From an uncultured bacterium (GTDB lineage: Bacteria; UBP14; UBA6098; B30-G16), in the NCBI GenBank assembly GCA_964443405.1, contig CAYUDB010000001.1, forward strand, positions 2,752 to 66,751: a DNA stretch of 64,000 nt, given 5' to 3'. The notes beneath the pieces were generated by a model. It ran no database searches. It had not been told where the DNA came from and saw only the letters and a list, made by a program, of their open reading frames with translations. Positions 10,080-18,377 of the stretch are shown here, piece by piece. The stretch's first letter is position 1; each line of letters starts with the position of its first letter. The position numbers were made by a program, and so were the translations under genes.

Positions 10080-12560
10080 TTACTTTATGAATGTAATGTC
10101 TCGCGCAAAGGTAGAACTGCCATGCCAAATAATTGTATATGTGCCCGATGGCAAGTTTTCTGGTTGCCACAAATACGTGCCACCCTTCGATATGCCTGCA
10201 AAAAGAAGCTCCACTTGTTTGCCCATTCTGTCGAAAACCGCAAGTTGCCCATATTCTGGCGTGGCAAGCGATAATGTGATGGCACTTTGGGCATTAAATG
10301 GGTTCGGATAGGCAAAAAGCGCCGATGCACGCGGCAAAGAAGATGCGTCGGCAATGCCTGTGGTGTCGGCAAAGAAAGTGTAACAGAAATCAGGTGTCAG
10401 CACGTTCGCACCGCAGTATTCCGCCTTGTCCTGTAAGTTGCGCACGCACAAGGTGTGATTCGAATGCGAAATCTCATCGGGTGAATAAATACCTATTACT
10501 CCGCCAGTTGTAGGCATAAAGTCGAGCGCATCGAAAGGTATTTCCACACCATCGAAAAGAAATGCGGCGTGCGCATAGCTTAGTGCCGTAAACTCATCCA
10601 CAAGCTCAAATGATATTTCGGGATGTCGCGTGTGTGTTGTGCCACCCGAAACTGGCGAAATCGGTATAACTTGTGGCGGTGTATAATCGACGAGAAAATA
10701 AAAATCGAACGGTGCCGCAGTGTTGCCACGAGTGTCCTTGAGGTTTTCAACAGTTACGTTCACACGTCCTTGCATCCATTCTATCATGGGCGTAAAAATT
10801 ACCGTGTCGCCGTGGATAACAAGCGTTGAACCTGTGTGCACATAATCGTTTATGATCACACGAAGCGAATCCCACATTACGCCATCGGCATCGACGCAGA
10901 CAATCTTTATGCTCTGCCCAATACACGATGACGAACTGCCCATAGCTGGTTCTACGTAATCGATAATTGGTGCACCCACTCCGGGCACATAGTTAAACGA
11001 CCAACATTCCGATGGCATACAGTTTGGAGCGCACATTGTGGCGAGGTCGCAGATGTTTTGAACGCACACAACATGCACACCCGGTGAAAGCGCCGAAACA
11101 GACGAAAAAATCGTGTAACCTCCAGCTATCGCCGATGACGAAAAAGTGCGCGAAGCTCCATCTAGTGTCATTTGAACGCCTGTTAAGTTTATACCTGCAC
11201 CGGCATTGGTTATGTTCGCACGGATTTCAGTTATAGCAGTAGTGAGTGTTTCGCCTTCGCTGGGCGAGACTATGGTCATTGTTGGCGCCTGCAAATCCAC
11301 ACGGAAATTCGACGTGAAGGGTGTTGGCAAAATGTTGCCGGCAATGTCGCTAACTCTAAGCGATAGGTTTACATTTGCACCATTTGCCCAAGTGAACGAC
11401 GGTGTAAAAATTAATGTGTCGCCCGAATGCGAAATCTCCGGCGATGATGATGTGTATGTTCCCGAACCATAAGGAATTGTAAGCGTCGTCGAAGTCCAAT
11501 CAACACCAGAGCCGTCGGTGATGCGCAATTTTATGCGGGCATTGTTGCAGCTAACAAACGATGAGGGTGTTGGTGAAACCAATGACACAACAGGCGGATC
11601 AATATCGAAACCCGAACCGGTAGTGTCGGCAAGTGAGCTGCTCGAAAGTATCAGAAATTGATTCATGGTAACCGCAAAAATATACGGATATTGCACGCTA
11701 CAATCTGCAGTCATGGAGGTTGTGCGATATTCATCCACAGGCGCAGGCGTTGCAGTAGTTGTCCAGTCGAGAAGCTGGAAGCCATAGTTGCCGTTTGCAA
11801 CGATGTATTGTGTTCCGTTCGAGCAACCGTGCCGACAATTGCCATCAGTTGATGAAAAACGACCGGCTATTGTCGAAAAACTGTCGAAGCTCACAGCGAG
11901 AACATTGCCCGTGCCAACACCAAGTTCTGCACCATCGGCAACGTAAACCCTTCGTGAATCGACAGATACATCAACACTATACCCGGGAGTGGCTGTGCCG
12001 CCCACAATAAGCGGCAAAGATGGATCTGATATATCGTAGATAAAAATGCCACCTGTAAGACCAATAGCACATATATTACCTTGCACAGCAACGGTTTGTG
12101 CAGCATAAGGTGACGAATACACTTCTGTTAGCGTAGAAGGTGGCGTGAAGCGCAGAATTTTAAAAAAGTTCGTGACGGCAGCATAAACATACCCATCGTC
12201 ATAGGCAATGCCTCGCACCAAATCGGATGTCCCAAAATTGTAAAGAGCGGTGGAAAACAAATGACGCGGGTTCGACATGTCGGCAACAACAATTTGACTT
12301 GTTGCGGTAATAAACGCATAACCATCGCCGATAGCCATGTGCATCACATAACCCGAACACACAAGCGAATCGATTTTTTCGGGCGCTGCAGGGTTGGAAA
12401 CATCTACAATAAACACTGTGCTTCTGTCGAGCACATACACCAAATCCTCATACGGCAGGCAAAACTGCGCGTTCGTAAAACCGCCAAGCGAACCAGTGAG
12501 TGTCATGGCATTAGCCATGCTGAAACACAAAATAAGCACAAGTAGCAAAATTTTTTTCAT
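10080..12560 (-). CDS. T9SS C-terminal-domain (Por_Secre_tail) cargo protein with N-terminal LVIVD-repeat beta-propeller and several Ig-like domains
   Basis: ATG at 12560 with AAGGAGA RBS and signal peptide MKKILLLVLILCFSMANA. LVIVD-type repeats (LVYVLDRSTVFIVDVSNPAAP..., IVVADMSNPRHL). Ig-like modules (PPVVSLVSPTPSSFVSC..., APTMTIVSPSEGETL...). The C-terminus (YPNPFNAQSAITLSL...GTYLWQPENLPSGTYTIIWHGSS...ITFIK) matches the T9SS type-A CTD signature. Confidence 0.8.
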   Translation of the reverse strand: MKKILLLVLILCFSMANAMTLTGSLGGFTNAQFCLPYEDLVYVLDRSTVFIVDVSNPAAPEKIDSLVCSGYVMHMAIGDGYAFITATSQIVVADMSNPRHLFSTALYNFGTSDLVRGIAYDDGYVYAAVTNFFKILRFTPPSTLTEVYSSPYAAQTVAVQGNICAIGLTGGIFIYDISDPSLPLIVGGTATPGYSVDVSVDSRRVYVADGAELGVGTGNVLAVSFDSFSTIAGRFSSTDGNCRHGCSNGTQYIVANGNYGFQLLDWTTTATPAPVDEYRTTSMTADCSVQYPYIFAVTMNQFLILSSSSLADTTGSGFDIDPPVVSLVSPTPSSFVSCNNARIKLRITDGSGVDWTSTTLTIPYGSGTYTSSSPEISHSGDTLIFTPSFTWANGANVNLSLRVSDIAGNILPTPFTSNFRVDLQAPTMTIVSPSEGETLTTAITEIRANITNAGAGINLTGVQMTLDGASRTFSSSAIAGGYTIFSSVSALSPGVHVVCVQNICDLATMCAPNCMPSECWSFNYVPGVGAPIIDYVEPAMGSSSSCIGQSIKIVCVDADGVMWDSLRVIINDYVHTGSTLVIHGDTVIFTPMIEWMQGRVNVTVENLKDTRGNTAAPFDFYFLVDYTPPQVIPISPVSGGTTHTRHPEISFELVDEFTALSYAHAAFLFDGVEIPFDALDFMPTTGGVIGIYSPDEISHSNHTLCVRNLQDKAEYCGANVLTPDFCYTFFADTTGIADASSLPRASALFAYPNPFNAQSAITLSLATPEYGQLAVFDRMGKQVELLFAGISKGGTYLWQPENLPSGTYTIIWHGSSTFARDITFIK

Positions 12561-12889
12561 TGAATCTCCTTTTTTGCATATCAGAATTTACCTATATCAA
12601 ACCATCTGTCAAGCCTCATGCGGCGCGCGGGAGCGTGCGTTTCAGAGACTGCACCACCTTAGTCTTCAACAATTGGCGAAAAATCACAAACCAGAGCTTA
12701 CCGGATCTCTATTTCATCGCTAATCTCGCCAAGAGCAGGAGGCGTAGCCACTTCTAGAGGTGACCACTTGGCACACACCTTTTTGGCACTTCGTGCCGTT
12801 TCTGTCGTTGGAAGAAAATAAAAACCGGCTACGAGTTGAATTTTTGCAAGAGGCGTAGCCTCTGACAAAAGTGCCCACTGTCACCGGCA

Positions 12890-13312
12890 CTAGACATTCC
12901 AGAGGAAGAGGTGCGTATCGTCATCGAAGGTGCGGGAAATTGTGTCCCAGTGCCAAGGGATGACGGTTATTTCGCCTGTGATGGAGATTTCACCCGAGAA
13001 AAGATGCCCACCAAACGTCTCAAAACTGCTACTACCCAAAATCGCATGCGCATGAACTACAAAAGTGCCATCCTTAGCGGTAATGTTGCCAGAAAGCGAA
13101 AGAATTTCGAAATCGCCCTCGAAGGATTTGCGCATATACTTTTTTGTGCTCAGTTCAAAACACCCAAGCTCAGCTTTTCCCATAGCACCGATGCCCGAAA
13201 TCGAGCCGCCGATGTGCTCTTTTTCGGCAAAATCGGTGAGACTCGCAATTAGATCTTCACCTTTGTAAAGGCGAACAACATAAATGCCGGTGTCGGTTTT
13301 TTTGAATTTCAT
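12890..13312 (-). CDS. PPC (DUF296, plants-and-prokaryotes-conserved) domain protein
   Basis: 140 aa. RBS AGGGAGGGAAC before the ATG at 13312. The overall sequence (MKFKKTDTGIYVVRLYKGEDLIASLTDFAEKEHIGGSISGIGAMG...VVHAHAILG) is typical of the PCC/DUF296 fold. Confidence 0.6.
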   Translation of the reverse strand: MKFKKTDTGIYVVRLYKGEDLIASLTDFAEKEHIGGSISGIGAMGKAELGCFELSTKKYMRKSFEGDFEILSLSGNITAKDGTFVVHAHAILGSSSFETFGGHLFSGEISITGEITVIPWHWDTISRTFDDDTHLFLWNV

Positions 13313-13374
13313 GTTCCCTCCCTAGTTAAAAAAAAGGGGACGCCTATTGCGCCCCCAATAACGTTTACATGCGT

Positions 13375-15117
13375 TTAACGTGCTGCAGTTTCAGTAGAAT
13401 CCTCTTCGCCCATTGTGGGTGAAAAACTAGAGCACAAAAACTCGAATGTTTTGCGCAATGCCGTAGTAACGCGTCCGTTAGAATTGTCCATGTAATAGAG
13501 TGGGAAGGCGAAAATTGCGCCACGAGTGTCGGGTTTGGCAAAACGTATGTGAACTTGGCGACCGGTAATGTCGGAAGTGTCGGATTCGCCGATGCCACCG
13601 TAAAGCGACATAGCATATGGCACTCCCATAAAGTGACCGTATGTGCCCAAACCTTTGATGCCCGGCAAAAGTCCGTCGGTGAGTTTGGTGGCATCAACTG
13701 TAATGTCGCTCATGCCAAAACGCGAGGCATCGGCAATTTTTGCGCCGCGGATACGTTGTTGGTCGCTCGATTGCCACGTTACACCAAACATGTCAAATGG
13801 AATCTGTCCAACAGGATTGGTGGTGGATGAATCGACAAAGCCTGGTATGTTCTCAAAAAAGCCGCGACCGTCGAAAATCACGCGACCGCCAGCAATGACG
13901 TAGTCACGTAACATGTCGAGTGCTTTTTGACTGAGAGCATTACGCGGCAAAACCGGCGATGTGGGGCACAAAAACACATACACAATGCTGTAATTGCGCA
14001 AATCTATTGGTGTTACGTTTAAATCGACACCGGTGAACGAAGCACGATACGAAGTATCGACATCGTAAGATGAGAACAAGCCACTACCACCGCGCAATTG
14101 GTCGAAAATGCCGTTGTAGAACGTTTTCATTGCGGGGTTCCAAGCACTGGGACCGGGAGCCAAATAAAACGCCTTCATGCGATGGTTGAAAGTGCCCGCC
14201 AGCATAGCGCTTTTGTTGGCATCGATGCTTGGGTCGAAGTAGGGCTGCACCGCATAGAAAGTTACGGTATCCTGCACACCTTCGTAACGGGCATCGTCGC
14301 GCACCTTCACTATGAAGCGACAAAGTCCTGTGGGTATGTCGCCACGAATGGTCGTCGAATTGTTGCGAATCCAACCGTCATCGGGAAACTCGCCTTGGTA
14401 CGCGAAAAATACCGAGTCGTCCGCACGCGAATCGCGAACAACTCTGCCCGAATCGACATTTTCTATCCACCAATAATACTCAAGGATAATGGATTTGTCG
14501 GGGTCGTGCGCATCCCAAGTTTTGCGGTAACCGTACCAATCCCAAGTTGTGTTTTCGAGAACCCAAAGTGTATCGACATAAGCCTCGAGTTCGGCTGTGG
14601 AATCTTCTTTGTCGGCACGGATGATAAGGGAATCTGGAGGACGGTTTGTGCGATAAATTATGCGGCATTTCGCATCGGATACGAGTGAATCGTTATCGAA
14701 AGCGCGCACACAGAACAAGTGCTTCGTAACGCTGTCGCCCGCTTCGAGTGAAAGGTAGATGGTATCGGCGCTGCTGGTTGTGTTTTTCCATTTGAAAACA
14801 CGTTTCGCAACACCTGTGCCAAAGATTATGGAATCGGGAATTTCGAGTGTGCCTACATAAAAACTATCGAAGCGTGCAGCAGCAACAAAATTGGCTGGCA
14901 CATCGATGTATTGGTATTTGCCGATGATGCCGTCTTTATCGGAAGCCCACCAGTAAATGACCGGTGCATTGCTCAATGTGTCGCCATCAGCGGGATTATC
15001 GTAAACATTCACGTGAGGGGGCGTGTTTTCGATGTAGTCGCCCTTGATATCGCCGCAGCCTGTGAACATTTGCGCTGCAACGAAAATCAGTGTGAGTATC
15101 GTAAGTTTTAATTTCAT
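13375..15117 (-). CDS. Lipoprotein of unknown function (580 aa)
   Basis: Internal ATG at 15117 preceded by AGGAGTGCGAAG. N-terminus MKLKLTILTLIFVAAQMFTGCGD carries a lipobox. It is the fourth gene of the five-gene minus-strand operon with the T9SS components. No recognisable catalytic motif. Confidence 0.6.
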   Translation of the reverse strand: MKLKLTILTLIFVAAQMFTGCGDIKGDYIENTPPHVNVYDNPADGDTLSNAPVIYWWASDKDGIIGKYQYIDVPANFVAAARFDSFYVGTLEIPDSIIFGTGVAKRVFKWKNTTSSADTIYLSLEAGDSVTKHLFCVRAFDNDSLVSDAKCRIIYRTNRPPDSLIIRADKEDSTAELEAYVDTLWVLENTTWDWYGYRKTWDAHDPDKSIILEYYWWIENVDSGRVVRDSRADDSVFFAYQGEFPDDGWIRNNSTTIRGDIPTGLCRFIVKVRDDARYEGVQDTVTFYAVQPYFDPSIDANKSAMLAGTFNHRMKAFYLAPGPSAWNPAMKTFYNGIFDQLRGGSGLFSSYDVDTSYRASFTGVDLNVTPIDLRNYSIVYVFLCPTSPVLPRNALSQKALDMLRDYVIAGGRVIFDGRGFFENIPGFVDSSTTNPVGQIPFDMFGVTWQSSDQQRIRGAKIADASRFGMSDITVDATKLTDGLLPGIKGLGTYGHFMGVPYAMSLYGGIGESDTSDITGRQVHIRFAKPDTRGAIFAFPLYYMDNSNGRVTTALRKTFEFLCSSFSPTMGEEDSTETAAR

Positions 15118-15142
15118 CTTCGCACTCCTAATTGGGTTGCAG

Positions 15143-16054
15143 TTAAAATTGTGCCCCAAGCGTAAAGCGATGAACATGCTCGAGTTTTTCCATATATGTA
15201 AACGAATAATCGGCACGAACAAACATTCCCGCAACGGGATATTTTACGCCCGCACCAAGCGTGAATTTTTCGGCATCGTAGTTGAGTTTTATGCCGCCAC
15301 GCACGAAAGCCATTTCTTTGAAAGCGTATTCGGTGCCGAACTGAAACTTCTCGAGGTTATCGCTCGGGTGAGAACCTTCAGCATCGAGTGTGAGCCTGTG
15401 TGTTGAGTTTTTGATAAGCTCGCCTGCAGCGCCAAAATGAAATGCCATAGGCAACGGTGCCGATTCTTGAATAAATTCGATGTCGGGACCAAAATTTGAG
15501 AGCTTCATGCCGAGACGCACATCTTTGAAAGCGGTTTTATACATTGTGCCAATGTCCATAGCCCAACCGTGCGCGTGAATGTCGGCGAGATATTCGCCGA
15601 GGTATTTTGCATTTATACCCACAGCAAAACGGTCGGTGAGACGAGTGGAATAGGAAAGACCAATGGACAAATCGCCAGCTGTGAAAGTTCTGCCTGTGCC
15701 TTCGGGATACAGCGGCGTAGTTTCATCCATTTCGCCCGCGTTTAACCCTACGAAGAAAACACCCATAACTCCACCAGCCATAGGCATCGAAACTGCGCCA
15801 AATTCATGGCTCATATCGGCATACAAAACCGAATGCGTAAAGCATGCCTGACGAGAAAGTTGCCATGCCATGCCCGCAGGGTTGTAAATTATCGCCGAAA
15901 TATCGTCGGAAACACTGATAAACGATCCACTCATGCCTTCGGCGCGTGCGCTTACCGGCATTTCGAGAAATTGCGCCACGCTTTGCCCTACTTTTGCCTG
16001 TGCCAAAAGTAAAGCCGGAAGCGCTAGTGCGAGTATAGTCAATATTCTTTTCAT
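15143..16054 (-). CDS. PorV/PorQ-family T9SS-associated outer-membrane beta-barrel protein
   Basis: RBS AAGGAG; signal peptide MKRILTILALALPALLLAQA. The N-terminal motif GQSVAQFLEMPVSARAEGMSGSFISVSDDISAIIYNPAGMA matches the PorV/PorQ (UPF0164-like) signature G-sAaeFL-I-vsARA-gMGGAf-DDa-A-ywNPAGL. The C-terminal aromatic residue (…TLGAQF) is typical of OMP barrels. At 303 aa it is PorQ-sized. Confidence 0.6.
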   Translation of the reverse strand: MKRILTILALALPALLLAQAKVGQSVAQFLEMPVSARAEGMSGSFISVSDDISAIIYNPAGMAWQLSRQACFTHSVLYADMSHEFGAVSMPMAGGVMGVFFVGLNAGEMDETTPLYPEGTGRTFTAGDLSIGLSYSTRLTDRFAVGINAKYLGEYLADIHAHGWAMDIGTMYKTAFKDVRLGMKLSNFGPDIEFIQESAPLPMAFHFGAAGELIKNSTHRLTLDAEGSHPSDNLEKFQFGTEYAFKEMAFVRGGIKLNYDAEKFTLGAGVKYPVAGMFVRADYSFTYMEKLEHVHRFTLGAQF

Positions 16055-16072
16055 CTATTTCTCCTTTGCGCC

Positions 16073-18352
16073 TTATTTGATTATGACGAACTTGCCGGTT
16101 TGAATTTCGCCGTCTGCATCTTCCACGCTCAAAACATATATGCCCGAAGTTACAGCCTGATCGTTGCGTGTGATGAGGTTCCAGTCTTCGGCGCCGACCA
16201 TTTCGCTGCCAGCAGATGCAGATGCGGTTTCATCGTGATCTAGCGTCTGCACCAAGTCGCCATCGAGGGTGTAGATGCGAATCTTGCATTTGGTGGGTAT
16301 GTTGTAGAAACGCAATTTGCGTGAATACTCGCTCCATTCGCCGGTATAGGATTTTTCCCAATGCTCGGAATAATCGTGGTCAACGCGGTAAGGGTTTGGC
16401 ACAACACGAACGATATTGTCCTTCGACGACTTGCCCGCAGGCACAACCCATTTTGCAAAGTTCACTTTGTTCGATTCGATTGGGTCGAGCATTTTGGAAG
16501 GTTGACCATAATCGAAAGATGTGATGACTATGAATTTGTCGTCGCCGGGCAAGAGATTTTCGATTTCGTAGTAGTAGTAGGTTTCGCCTGCGATGGTTGT
16601 TTCGGGTGGCATGCCGTTGTTTGACGAGATGCGCGTTGGGCGACGCTGCACCCAATCGACTGTATCCACACCATCCACAACAGGAACACGATAAAGCGAA
16701 TCGGAATAGACTACTGTGTCGGATGGCATATCGGCATAGGTGTGCATGCCCAAAGTGTCGGTAGTGCGGCGCACATAGTCGATTGTGTAGTAATCGACTT
16801 TGTCGAACTGAGCAATAGGCACAAAGTAGTTTTCGATTTTAGCTTCGGAGACATAAATACGATATCCCTCAAAATCGTAAAGACCCGTTATGTTGTCGAA
16901 AAAGTTTTCGACTAAGGTATCGGGTTTCCAGAGAATAGTAACTTTGTTCTCGCCGGTTACAATTGAAAAATTGGGTGTAGGTGGCGGCTGTGGACCTTTG
17001 TAATCGTTATCGTAGATTTGTTTAACCCAATATGCAGCGTAAGTTAGCTCGGTGAAGTTGAACTCGGAAGCACTCCATGCGGGGTTTGTGTTTGGGTTTG
17101 CATTGCGCGGGTTGACGTGAAAATTATTGCCCACAATGAAGCCAATTGTGAATTCGACCGAATCGTGCGGGGCTATGTTCATAGGACCAAACGATAACAA
17201 ATAACGAGTATCGTAACCGTTGGCGATGTCTTTCATTGTAGCATTGTCGGTGAGCGGTGCACCTTGCCAGTTTGCGGAGGTGGCGGAGTCGGTGGTGGCT
17301 GTTTGGTCGAAGTCGAATTCGCCATTTGAGAGCACTTTGTATTTGTTGATGTCGCCCGAAGGTGTGCCATCGAAACCGGGGTTGGACCCAGTGCGTGCAG
17401 GACCCCAGTCGTAAGATTCGGTGCTGTTGGAGATCCACCAGTTGTAAGAATAGCGATCGACGTCTTCTGGCACTTGCAAAACACGTGCTGCCATTGCGCC
17501 AACAGGGCTTTGTGCTGTGTAAACCTGATCGGTAGGATCGCCATCATTATCTGCAATCCATGCGAGGTTCACTTCGACTGTTTCACCTGTGGCGGAGTTG
17601 AAGTATTTTTGAATAAAGCCCGTTATATCGTCTTGGGCATAGTCACTAACATCAACATGACCTACGTCACCGTCGATGTATAGACCAATATACATGTCGC
17701 TGATGGTTCTATCGTCGTCGCGGATATTTTTGAACTTGTAGTTGATGAAGACGAAGTTGGCGGAATAATTGTAGCTCCAAGCATAGCTCTTTTGCTCCAC
17801 TTGCACGCCAATTGGTTTGTGGTCGGGTGGCGAAAAACCCGAAACAGTGATGTCGCTAAATTTGCCCAGATAATCCTCTTCGGAAATGGCAGTAGAATCG
17901 CCATTGAGGATTGAACGGTAAACCAACGTATCATCTGCGGCGTCTGTTGGGAAAAGTTCGTTTGCGTCGCGTTCCCAACCATCTTCGCCTACCGAAACCA
18001 AAGTATCACCGTTGATGACCGCGCCAATCCAGAGTGCGCCCATAAATAGGTATTCCAAACCAGAGCACCCCGGATATTCACCCGAAGGCGCACATACACC
18101 CGAATTTCCGCACACTTCCTGTGCGTCGAGAATGCAGTCGGGATCGCTGTTACCACGTTGCGAGCCAAAGAAACCGTAGTTTGAAACGGTCATGTAGAGG
18201 TCGCCGGCATGGTGTGTTTTCTCATCGGTAGAAGGACCAAGCGAAACATTGGTTCTCAAAAAACGATGCTGAGAATTGCCGCTGTTGGTCTTATCGGTTG
18301 CCCATGCGCACACGAGCAAAACCGTCAGTAGTGATATGATTATCTTTTTCAT
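16073..18352 (-). CDS. Secreted T9SS cargo-type protein (759 aa) with a variant C-terminal sorting domain
   Basis: Signal peptide MKKIIISLLTVLLVCAWA. The C-terminal ~80 aa (VVPNPYRVDHDY...CKIRIYTLDGDLVQTL...SGIYVLSVEDADGEIQTGKFVIIK) has the T9SS CTD pattern. The middle has fibronectin-III-like segments. It sits immediately upstream of the PorV-like gene. Confidence 0.6.
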   Translation of the reverse strand: MKKIIISLLTVLLVCAWATDKTNSGNSQHRFLRTNVSLGPSTDEKTHHAGDLYMTVSNYGFFGSQRGNSDPDCILDAQEVCGNSGVCAPSGEYPGCSGLEYLFMGALWIGAVINGDTLVSVGEDGWERDANELFPTDAADDTLVYRSILNGDSTAISEEDYLGKFSDITVSGFSPPDHKPIGVQVEQKSYAWSYNYSANFVFINYKFKNIRDDDRTISDMYIGLYIDGDVGHVDVSDYAQDDITGFIQKYFNSATGETVEVNLAWIADNDGDPTDQVYTAQSPVGAMAARVLQVPEDVDRYSYNWWISNSTESYDWGPARTGSNPGFDGTPSGDINKYKVLSNGEFDFDQTATTDSATSANWQGAPLTDNATMKDIANGYDTRYLLSFGPMNIAPHDSVEFTIGFIVGNNFHVNPRNANPNTNPAWSASEFNFTELTYAAYWVKQIYDNDYKGPQPPPTPNFSIVTGENKVTILWKPDTLVENFFDNITGLYDFEGYRIYVSEAKIENYFVPIAQFDKVDYYTIDYVRRTTDTLGMHTYADMPSDTVVYSDSLYRVPVVDGVDTVDWVQRRPTRISSNNGMPPETTIAGETYYYYEIENLLPGDDKFIVITSFDYGQPSKMLDPIESNKVNFAKWVVPAGKSSKDNIVRVVPNPYRVDHDYSEHWEKSYTGEWSEYSRKLRFYNIPTKCKIRIYTLDGDLVQTLDHDETASASAGSEMVGAEDWNLITRNDQAVTSGIYVLSVEDADGEIQTGKFVIIK

Positions 18353-18377
18353 CTATTCCATCCTTTGGGATATGAAT

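Noticed and set aside
12561-12889. Possible RNase P / SRP / tmRNA / 6S RNA gene in the structured intergenic region
   Set aside because: None of the universally conserved cores (e.g. AGGAAAGTCCGGGCTCC of RNase P, the SRP domain IV motif, the tmRNA 5' GGGG…acceptor) is present. It cannot be assigned by eye and is left as an unexplained structured region.
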